Made by a program: the position numbers and the translations under genes. Under the pieces are notes generated by a model. It worked only from the letters and a program-made list of their open reading frames with translations. It was not told the DNA's origin and ran no database searches. This document shows, piece after piece, positions 1 through 9,900 of a stretch of 64,000 nucleotides of DNA. The stretch is from NCBI RefSeq assembly GCF_009914755.1, contig NC_060942.1; one strand, 5' to 3'. Within the stretch, counting starts at the first letter, position 1; every line of letters starts with the position of its first letter. This DNA is from the human T2T-CHM13v2.0 reference genome, Homo sapiens.

Positions 1-287
1 AACATCTTTGTGATGTTTGTATTCAGGACAGAGAGTTGAACATTCCCTATCATAGAGCAGGTTGGAATCACTCCTTTTGTAGTATCTGGAAGTGGACATT
101 TGGAGCGCTTTCAGGCCTATGTTGAAAAAGGAAATATCTTCCCATAACAACTAGACACAAGCATTCTCAGAAACTTGTTTGCGATGTGTGCCCTCTACTG
201 ACAGAGTTGAACCTTTCTTTTCATAGAGCAGTTTTGAAACACTCTTTTTGTAGAATCTGCAAGAGGATATTTGCATAGCTTTGAGGA

Positions 288-304
288 TTTCGTGGGAAAC
301 GGGG
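288..304 (+). promoter_or_regulatory. CENP-B box, monomer m1 (representative; recurs in every unit)
   Basis: TTTCGTGGGAAACGGGG matches the core NTTCGNNNNANNCGGGN. Other units end in ...CGGGA. Confidence 0.9.
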
Positions 305-629
305 TTGTCTTCAGGTAAAATCTAGACAGAAGCATTCTCAGAAACTTCTTTGGGATGTTTGCATTCAAGTCACAGAGTAGAACATTCCCTTTGGTAGAGC
401 AGGTTTGAAACACTCTTTTTGTAGTATCTGGAAGTGGACATTTGGAGCGCTTTCAGGCCTATGTTGGAAAGGGAAATATCTTCCGGTAACAACTAGGCAG
501 AAGCATTCTCAGAAACTTATTTGAGATGTGTGTACTCAACTAAGAGAATTGAACCACCGTTTTGAAGGAGCAGTTTTGAAACACTCTTTTTCTGGAATCT
601 GCAAGAGGATATTTGCCTAGCTTTGAGGA

Positions 630-646
630 TTTCGTTGGAAACGGGA
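630..646 (+). promoter_or_regulatory. CENP-B box, monomer m3 (representative)
   Basis: TTTCGTTGGAAACGGGA, canonical YTTCGTTGGAARCGGGA. Confidence 0.95.
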
Positions 647-971
647 TTGTGTTCAGATCAAATCTAGACAGAAGCATTCTCAGAAACTTCTTTGGGATGT
701 TTGCATTCAAGTCACAGAGTAGAACATTCCCTTTGGTAGAGCAGGTGTGAAACACTCTTTTTTTAGTATATGGAAGTGGACATTTGGAGCGCTTTCAGGC
801 CTACGTTGGAAAAGGAAATATCTTCCCATAACAACTAGACAGAAGCATTCTCAGAAACTAGTTTCTGATGTGTGTCCTCAACTAACACAGTTGAACATTT
901 CTTTAGACAGAACAGTTTTGAAACTCTCTTTTTGTGGAATCTGCAAGTGGCTATTTGGCTAGATTTGAGGA

Positions 972-988
972 TTTCGTTGGAAACGGGA
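972..988 (+). promoter_or_regulatory. CENP-B box, monomer m5 (representative)
   Basis: TTTCGTTGGAAACGGGA, canonical. Confidence 0.95.
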
Positions 989-1138
989 TTACATATAAAA
1001 AGCAGACAGCAGCATTCTCAGAAAGTTCTTTGTGATGATTGCATTCAAGTCACAGAATTGAACATTCCCTTTCACAGAGCAGGTTTGAAACACTCTTTTT
1101 GTAGTGTGTGTAAGTGGACATTTGGAGCACTTTCCGGC

Positions 1139-1155
1139 CTAAGGTGAGAAAGGAA
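1139..1155 (+). promoter_or_regulatory. pJ-alpha-type box in A-type monomer m6 (representative)
   Basis: CTAAGGTGAGAAAGGAA (haplotype B: CTAAGGTGAAAAAGGAA) lies at the position homologous to the CENP-B box and resembles CTAYGGTGRAAAAGGAA. Confidence 0.65.
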
Positions 1156-1308
1156 ATATCTTCCCATAAAAACTAGACAGAAGCATTCTCAGAAACTTAC
1201 TCGTGATGTGTGTCCTCAACTAAAGGAGTAGAACCTTTCTTTCGTAGAGAAGTTTTGAAACGCTCTTTTTGTGGAATCTGCAAGTGGATATTTGGCTAGT
1301 TTGGAGGA

Positions 1309-1325
1309 TTTCGTTGGAAGCGGGA
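1309..1325 (+). promoter_or_regulatory. CENP-B box, monomer m7 (representative; overlaps EcoRI site at 1324)
   Basis: TTTCGTTGGAAGCGGGA, canonical. Confidence 0.95.
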
Positions 1326-1646
1326 ATTCATACAAATTGCAGACTGCAGCGTTCTGAGAAACATCTTTGTGATGTTTGTATTCAGGACACAGAGTTGAAC
1401 ATTCCCTATCATAGAGCAGGTTGGAATCACTCCTTTTGTAGTATCTGGAAGTGGACATTTGGAGCGCTTTCAGGCCTATGTTGGAAAAGGAAATATCTTC
1501 CCATAACAACTAGACAGAAGCATTCTCAGAAACTTATTTGAGATGTGTGTACTCAACTAAGAGAATTGAACCACCGTTTTGAAGGAGCAGTTTTGAAACA
1601 CTCTTTTTCTGGAATCTGCAAGTGGATATTTGGCTAGCTTTGGGGA

Positions 1647-1663
1647 TTTCGCTGGAGGCGGGA
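1647..1663 (+). promoter_or_regulatory. CENP-B box, monomer m9 (representative, variant but core intact)
   Basis: TTTCGCTGGAGGCGGGA (haplotype B: TTTCGCTGGAAGCGGGA). All nine core bases TTCG----A--CGGG are present. Confidence 0.85.
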
Positions 1664-1812
1664 ATACATATAAAAAGCACACAGCAGCGTTCTGAGAAAC
1701 TGCTTTCTGATGTTTGCATTCAAGTCAAAAGTTGAACACTCCCTTTCATAGAGCAGTCCTGAAACACTCCTTTTGTAGTATCTGGAACTGGACTTTTGGA
1801 GCGCTTTCAGGG

Positions 1813-1829
1813 CTAAGGTGAAAAAGGAA
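1813..1829 (+). promoter_or_regulatory. pJ-alpha-type box in A-type monomer m10 (representative)
   Basis: CTAAGGTGAAAAAGGAA at the CENP-B-box-homologous position. Confidence 0.7.
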
Positions 1830-1983
1830 ATATCTTCCCATAAAAACTGGACAGAAGCATTCTCAGAAACTTGTTTATGCTGTATCTACTCAACTAACAA
1901 AGTTGAACCTTTCTTTTGATAGAGCAGTTTTGAAATGCTCTTTTTGTGGAATCTGCAAGTGGATATTTGGCTAGTTTTGAGGA

Positions 1984-2000
1984 TTTCGTTGGAAGCGGGA
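1984..2000 (+). promoter_or_regulatory. CENP-B box, monomer m11 (representative; overlaps EcoRI site at 1999)
   Basis: TTTCGTTGGAAGCGGGA, canonical. Confidence 0.95.
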
Positions 2001-4228
2001 ATTCATACAAATTGCAGACTGCAGCGTTCTGAGAAACATCTTTGTGATGTTTGTATTCAGGACAGAGAGTTGAACATTCCCTATCATAGAGCAGGTTGGA
2101 ATCACTCCTTTTGTAGTATCTGGAAGTGGACATTTGGAGCGCTTTCAGGCCTATGTTGAAAAAGGAAATATCTTCCCATAACAACTAGACACAAGCATTC
2201 TCAGAAACTTGTTTGTGATGTGTGCCCTCTACTGACAGAGTTGAACCTTTCTTTTCATAGAGCAGTTTTGAAACACTCTTTTTGTAGAATCTGCAAGAGG
2301 ATATTTGCATAGCTTTGAGGATTTCGTGGGAAACGGGATTGTCTTCAGGTAAAATCTAGACAGAAGCATTCTCAGAAACTTCTTTGGGATGTTTGCATTC
2401 AAGTCACAGAGTAGAACATTCCCTTTGGTAGAGCAGGTTTGAAACACTCTTTTTGTAGTATCTGGAAGTGGACATTTGGAGCGCTTTCAGGCCTATGTTG
2501 GAAAGGGAAATATCTTCCCGTAACAACTAGGCAGAAGCATTCTCAGAAACTTATTTGAGATGTGTGTACTCAACTAAGAGAATTGAACCACCGTTTTGAA
2601 GGAGCAGTTTTGAAACACTCTTTTTCTGGAATCTGCAAGAGGATATTTGCCTAGCCTTGAGGATTTCGTTGGAAACGGGATTGTCTTCAGATCAAATCTA
2701 GACAGAAGCATTCTCAGAAACTTCTTTGGGATGTTTGCATTCAAGTCACAGAGTAGAACATTCCCTTTGGTAGAGCAGGTTTGAAACACTCTTTTTTTAG
2801 TATATGGAAGTGGACATTTGGAGCGCTTTCAGGCCTACGTTGGAAAAGGAAATATCTTCCCATAACAACTAGACAGAAGCATTCTCAGAAACTAGTTTCT
2901 GATGTGTGTCCTCAACTAACACAGTTGAACATTTCTTTAGACAGAACAGTTTTGAAACACTCTTTTTGTGGAATCTGCAAGTGGCTATTTGGCTAGATTT
3001 GAGGATTTCGTTGGAAACGGGATTACATATAAAAAGCAGACAGCAGCATTCTCAGAAAGTTCTTTGTGATGATTGCATTCAAGTCACAGAATTGAACATT
3101 CCCTTTCACAGAGCAGGTTTGAAACACTCTTTTTGTAGTGTGTGTAAGTGGACATTTGGAGCACTTTCCGGCCTAAGGTGAAAAAGGAAATATCTTCCCA
3201 TAAAAACTAGACAGAAGCACTCTCAGAAACTTACTCGTGATGTGTGTCCTCAACTAAAGGAGTAGAACCTTTCTTTTCATAGAGAAGTTTTGAAACGCTC
3301 TTTTTGTGGAATCTGCAAGTGGATATTTGGCTAGTTTGGAGGATTTCGTTGGAAGCGGGAATTCATACAAATTGCAGACTGCAGCGTTCTGAGAAACATC
3401 TTTGTGATGTTTGTATTCAGGACACAGAGTTGAACATTCCCTATCATAGAGCAGGTTTGAATCACTCCTTTTGTAGTATCTGGAAGTGGACATTTGGAGC
3501 GCTTTCAGGCCTATGTTGGAAAAGGAAATATCTTCCCATAACAACTAGACAGAAGCATTCTCAGAAACTTATTTGAGATGTGTGTACTCAACTAAGAGAA
3601 TTGAACCACCGTTTTGAAGGAGCAGTTTTGAACACTCTTTTTCTGGAATCTGCAAGTGGATATTTGGCTAGCTTTGGGGATTTCGCTGGAAGCGGGAATA
3701 CATATAAAAAGCACACAGCAGCGTTCTGAGAAACTGCTTTCTGATGTTTGCATTCAAGTCAAAAGTTGAACACTCCCTTTCATAGTGCAGTCTGAAACAC
3801 TCCTTTTGTAGTATCTGGAACTGGACTTTTGGAGCGCTTTCAGGGCTAAGGTGAAAAAGGAAATATCTTCCCATAAAAACTGGACAGAAGCATTCTCAGA
3901 AACTTGTTTATGCTGTATCTACTCAACTAACAAAGTTGAACCTTTCTTTTGATAGAGCAGTTTTGAAATGCTCTTTTTGTGGAATCTGCAAGTGGATATT
4001 TGGCTAGTTTTGAGGATTTCGTTGGAAGCGGGAATTCATACAAATTGCAGACTGCAGCGTTCTGAGAAACATCTTTGTGATGTTTGTATTCAGGACAGAG
4101 AGTTGAACATTCCCTATCATAGAGCAGGTTGGAATCACTCCTTTTGTAGTATCTGGAAGTGGACATTTGGAGCGCTTTCTGGCCTATGTTGAAAAAGGAA
4201 ATATCTTCCCATAACAACTAGACACAAG

Positions 4229-6938
4229 CATTCTCAGAAACTTGTTTGTGATGTGTGCCCTCTACTGACAGAGTTGAACCTTTCTTTTCATAGAGCAGTT
4301 TTGAAACACTCTTTTTGTAGAATCTGCAAGAGGATATTTGCATAGCTTTGAGGATTTCGTGGGAAACGGGATTGTCTTCAGGTAAAATCTAGACAGAAGC
4401 ATTCTCAGAAACTTCTTTGGGATGTTTGCATTCAAGTCACAGAGTAGAACATTCCCTTTGGTAGAGCAGGTTTGAAACACTCTTTTTGTAGTATCTGGAA
4501 GTGGACATTTGGAGCGCTTTCAGGCCTATGTTGGAAAGGGAAATATCTTCCGGTAACAACTAGGCAGAAGCATTCTCAGAAACTTATTTGAGATGTGTGT
4601 ACTCAACTAAGAGAATTGAACCACCGTTTTGAAGGAGCAGTTTTGAAACACTCTTTTTCTGGAATCTGCAAGAGGATATTTGCCTAGCTTTGAGGATTTC
4701 GTTGGAAACGGGATTGTGTTCAGATCAAATCTAGACAGAAGCATTCTCAGAAACTTCTTTGGGATGTTTGCATTCAAGTCACAGAGTAGAACATTCCCTT
4801 TGGTAGAGCAGGTGTGAAACACTCTTTTTTTAGTATATGGAAGTGGACATTTGGAGCGCTTTCAGGCCTACGTTGGAAAAGGAAATATCTTCCCATAACA
4901 ACTAGACAGAAGCATTCTCAGAAACTAGTTTCTGAAGTGTGTCCTCAACTAACACAGTTGAACATTTCTTTAGACAGAACAGTTTTGAAACTCTCTTTTT
5001 GTGGAATCTGCAAGTGGCTATTTGGCTAGATTTGAGGATTTCGTTGGAAACGGGATTACATATAAAAAGCAGACAGCAGCATTCTCAGAAAGTTCTTTGT
5101 GATGATTGCATTCAAGTCACAGAATTGAACATTCCCTTTCACAGAGCAGGTTTGAAACACTCTTTTTGTAGTGTGTGTAAGTGGACATTTGGAGCACTTT
5201 CCGGCCTAAGGTGAGAAAGGAAATATCTTCCCATAAAAACTAGACAGAAGCATTCTCAGAAACTTACTCGTGATGTGTGTCCTCAACTAAAGGAGTAGAA
5301 CCTTTCTTTCATAGAGAAGTTTTGAAACGCTCTTTTTGTGGAATCTGCAAGTGGATATTTGGCTAGTTTGGAGGATTTCGTTGGAAGCGGGAATTCATAC
5401 AAATTGCAGACTGCAGCGTTCTGAGAAACATCTTTGTGATGTTTGTATTCAGGACACAGAGTTGAACATTCCCTATCATAGAGCAGGTTGGAATCACTCC
5501 TTTTGTAGTATCTGGAAGTGGACATTTGGAGCGCTTTCAGGCCTACGTTGGAAAAGGAAATATCTTCCCATAACAACTAGACAGAAGCATTCTCAGAAAC
5601 TAGTTTCTGATGTGTGTCCTCAACTAACACAGTTGAACATTTCTTTAGACAGAACAGTTTTGAAACACTCTTTTTGTGGAATCTGCAAGTGGCTATTTGG
5701 CTAGATTTGAGGATTTCGTTGGAAACGGGATTACATATAAAAAGCAGACAGCAGCATTCTCAGAAAGTTCTTTGTGATGATTGCATTCAAGTCACAGAAT
5801 TGAACATTCCCTTTCACAGAGCAGGTTTGAAACACTCTTTTTGTAGTGTGTGTAAGTGGACATTTGGAGCACTTTCCGGCCTAAGGTGAAAAAGGAAATA
5901 TCTTCCCATAAAAACTAGACAGAAGCACTCTCAGAAACTTACTCGTGATGTGTGTCCTCAACTAAAGGAGTAGAACCTTTCTTTTCATAGAGAAGTTTTG
6001 AAACGCTCTTTTTGTGGAATCTGCAAGTGGATATTTGGCTAGTTTGGAGGATTTCGTTGGAAGCGGGAATTCATACAAATTGCAGACTGCAGCGTTCTGA
6101 GAAACATCTTTGTGATGTTTGTATTCAGGACACAGAGTTGAACATTCCCTATCATAGAGCAGGTTTGAATCACTCCTTTTGTAGTATCTGGAAGTGGACA
6201 TTTGGAGCGCTTTCAGGCCTATGTTGGAAAAGGAAATATCTTCCCATAACAACTAGACAGAAGCATTCTCAGAAACTTATTTGAGATGTGTGTACTCAAC
6301 TAAGAGAATTGAACCACCGTTTTGAAGGAGCAGTTTTGAAACACTCTTTTTCTGGAATCTGCAAGTGGATATTTGGCTAGCTTTGGGGATTTCGCTGGAA
6401 GCGGGAATACATATAAAAAGCACACAGCAGCGTTCTGAGAAACTGCTTTCTGATGTTTGCATTCAAGTCAAAAGTTGAACACTCCCTTTCATAGTGCAGT
6501 CCTGAAACACTCCTTTTGTAGTATCTGGAACTGGACTTTTGGAGCGCTTTCAGGGCTAAGGTGAAAAAGGAAATATCTTCCCATAAAAACTGGACAGAAG
6601 CATTCTCAGAAACTTGTTTATGCTGTATCTACTCAACTAACAAAGTTGAACCTTTCTTTTGATAGAGCAGTTTTGAAATGCTCTTTTTGTGGAATCTGCA
6701 AGTGGATATTTGGCTAGTTTTGAGGATTTCGTTGGAAGCGGGAATTCATACAAATTGCAGACTGCAGCGTTCTGAGAAACATCTTTGTGATGTTTGTATT
6801 CAGGACAGAGAGTTGAACATTCCCTATCATAGAGCAGGTTGGAATCACTCCTTTTGTAGTATCTGGAAGTGGACATTTGGAGCGCTTTCAGGCCTATGTT
6901 GAAAAAGGAAATATCTTCCCATAACAACTAGACACAAG
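4229..6938 (+). repeat. 16-mer HOR structural variant U3 (m1-m7, m8/m4 hybrid, m5-m12; 2710 bp)
   Basis: Unit spacing is 2710 bp. After m8 the sequence returns to ...GGCCTACGTTGG...GAAACTAGTTTCTG (end of m4, then m5), so m5-m8 occur twice. The fused 122-aa ORF at 5336-5704 spans the junction. Confidence 0.95.
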
Positions 6939-9900
6939 CATTCTCAGAAACTTGTTAGTGATGTGTGCCCTCTACTGACAGAGTTGAACCTTTCTTTTCA
7001 TAGAGCAGTTTTGAAACACTCTTTTTGTAGAATCTGCAAGAGGATATTTGCATAGCTTTGAGGATTTCGTGGGAAACGGGATTGTCTTCAGGTAAAATCT
7101 AGACAGAAGCATTCTCAGAAACTTCTTTGGGATGTTTGCATTCAAGTCACAGAGTAGAACATTCCCTTTGGTAGAGCAGGTTTGAAACACTCTTTTTGTA
7201 GTATCTGGAAGTGGACATTTGGAGCGCTTTCAGGCCTATGTTGGAAAGGGAAATATCTTCCCGTAACAACTAGGCAGAAGCATTCTCAGAAACTTATTTG
7301 AGATGTGTGTACTCAACTAAGAGAATTGAACCACCGTTTTGAAGGAGCAGTTTTGAAACACTCTTTTTCTGGAATCTGCAAGAGGATATTTGCCTAGCCT
7401 TGAGGATTTCGTTGGAAACGGGATTGTCTTCAGATCAAATCTAGACAGAAGCATTCTCAGAAACTTCTTTGGGATGTTTGCATTCAAGTCACAGAGTAGA
7501 ACATTCCCTTTGGTAGAGCAGGTTTGAAACACTCTTTTTTTAGTATATGGAAGTGGACATTTGGAGCGCTTTCAGGCCTACGTTGAAAAGGAAATATCTT
7601 CCCATAACAACTAGACAGAAGCATTCTCAGAAACTAGTTTCTGATGTGTGTCCTCAACTAACACAGTTGAACATTTCTTTAGACAGAACAGTTTTGAAAC
7701 TCTCTTTTTGTGGAATCTGCAAGTGGCTATTTGGCTAGATTTGAGGATTTCGTTGGAAACGGGATTACATATAAAAAGCAGACAGCAGCATTCTCAGAAA
7801 GTTCTTTGTGATGATTGCATTCAAGTCACAGAATTGAACATTCCCTTTCACAGAGCAGGTTTGAAACACTCTTTTTATAGTGTGTGTAAGTGGACATTTG
7901 GAACACTTTCCGGCCTAAGGTGAAAAAGGAAATATCTTCCCATAAAAACTAGACAGAAGCATTCTCAGAAACTTACTCGTGATGTGTGTCCTCAACTAAA
8001 GGAGTAGAACCTTTCTTTTCATAGAGAAGTTTTGAAACGCTCTTTTTGTGGAATCTGCAAGTGGATATTTGGCTAGTTTGGAGGATTTCGTTGGAAGCGG
8101 GAATTCATACAAATTGCAGACTGCAGCGTTCTGAGAAACATCTTTGTGATGTTTGTATTCAGGACACAGAGTTGAACATTCCCTATCATAGAGCAGGTTG
8201 GAATCACTCCTTTTGTAGTATCTGGAAGTGGACATTTGGAGCGCTTTCAGGCCTATGTTGGAAAAGGAAATATCTTCCCATAACAACTAGACAGAAGCAT
8301 TCTCAGAAACTTATTTGAGATGTGTGTACTCAACTAAGAGAATTGAACCACCGTTTTGAAGGAGCAGTTTTGAAACACTCTTTTTCTGGAATCTGCAAGT
8401 GGATATTTGGCTAGCTTTGGGGATTTCGCTGGAGGCGGGAATACATATAAAAAGCACACAGCAGCGTTCTGAGAAACTGCTTTCTGATGTTTGCATTCAA
8501 GTCAAAAGTTGAACACTCCCTTTCATAGAGCAGTCCTGAAACACTCCTTTTGTAGTATCTGGAACTGGACTTTTGGAGCGCTTTCAGGGCTAAGGTGAAA
8601 AAGGAAATATCTTCCCATAAAAACTGGACAGAAGCATTCTCAGAAACTTGTTTATGCTGTATCTACTCAACTAACAAAGTTGAACCTTTCTTTTGATAGA
8701 GCAGTTTTGAAATGCTCTTTTTGTGGAATCTGCAAGTGGATATTTGGCTAGTTTTGAGGATTTCGTTGGAAGCGGGAATTCATACAAATTGCAGACTGCA
8801 GCGTTCTGAGAAACATCTTTGTGATGTTTGTATTCAGGACAGAGAGTTGAACATTCCCTATCATAGAGCAGGTTGGAATCACTCCTTTTGTAGTATCTGG
8901 AAGTGGACATTTGGAGCGCTTTCTGGCCTATGTTGAAAAAGGAAATATCTTCCCATAACAACTAGACACAAGCATTCTCAGAAACTTGTTTGTGATGTGT
9001 GCCCTCTACTGACAGAGTTGAACCTTTCTTTTCATAGAGCAGTTTTGAAACACTCTTTTTGTAGAATCTGCAAGAGGATTTTTGCATAGCTTTGAGGATT
9101 TCGTGGGAAACGGGATTGTCTTCAGGTAAAATCTAGACAGAAGCATTCTCAGAAACTTCTTTGGGATGTTTGCATTCAAGTCACAGAGTAGAACATTCCC
9201 TTTGGTAGAGCAGGTTTGAAACACTCTTTTTGTAGTATCTGAAAGTGGACATTTGGAGCGCTTTCAGGCCTATGTTGGAAAGGGAAATATCTTCCGGTAA
9301 CAACTAGGCAGAAGCATTCTCAGAAACTTATTTGAGATGTGTGTACTCAACTAAGAGAATTGAACCACCGTTTTGAAGGAGCAGTTTTGAAACACTCTTT
9401 TTCTGGAATCTGCAAGAGGATATTTGCCTAGCCTTGAGGATTTCGTTGGAAACGGGATTGTGTTCAGATCAAATCTAGACAGAAGCATTCTCAGAAACTT
9501 CTTTGGGATGTTTGCATTCAAGTCACAGAGTAGAACATTCCCTTTGGTAGAGCAGGTGTGAAACACTCTTTTTTTAGTATATGGAAGTGGACATTTGGAG
9601 CGCTTTCAGGCCTACGTTGGAAAAGGAAATATCTTCCCATAACAACTAGACAGAAGCATTCTCAGAAACTAGTTTCTGATGTGTGTCCTCAACTAACACA
9701 GTTGAACATTTCTTTAGACAGAACAGTTTTGAAACTCTCTTTTTGTGGAATCTGCAAGTGGCTATTTGGCTAGATTTGAGGATTTCGTTGGAAACGGGAT
9801 TACATATAAAAAGCAGACAGCAGCATTCTCAGAAAGTTCTTTGTGATGATTGCATTCAAGTCACAGAATTGAACATTCCCTTTCACAGAGCAGGTTCGAA

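Larger units (their letters stand above)
162..2195 (+). repeat. Canonical 12-mer HOR, unit U1 (haplotype A, 2034 bp)
   Basis: Monomer starts: 162, 333, 504, 675, 846, 1013, 1184, 1350, 1521, 1688, 1858, 2025. Lengths 171,171,171,171,167,171,166,171,167,170,167,171 sum to 2034. Later units start at 2196, 4229, 6939, 8973, 11007, 13041, 15076, 17786, 19821, 21855, 23889, 25924, 27284, 29319, 31353, 33388, 35422, 37457, 39492, 40852, 42887, 44922, 46956, 48991, 50351, 52386, 54421, 56455, 58489, 60524, 62559. Monomer numbering m1-m12 is my own. Confidence 0.96.

Noticed and set aside
165-173. TTCTCAGAA/TTCTGAGAA dyad at monomer starts, matching the STAT GAS motif TTCN3GAA
   Set aside because: It is part of the general alpha-satellite consensus and is too short to imply a regulatory or cruciform function from sequence alone.
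182-1244. Three private transitions in U1 (182 T>C, 304 A>G, 1244 A>G)
   Set aside because: They are dispersed and at the window edge, and may simply belong to a subtype located upstream. They cannot be interpreted here.
5336-5704. Longest ORF (122 aa, also at 16183-16551) as a possible novel fusion gene
   Set aside because: It arises only because the 16-mer junction joins two chance open frames in phase.
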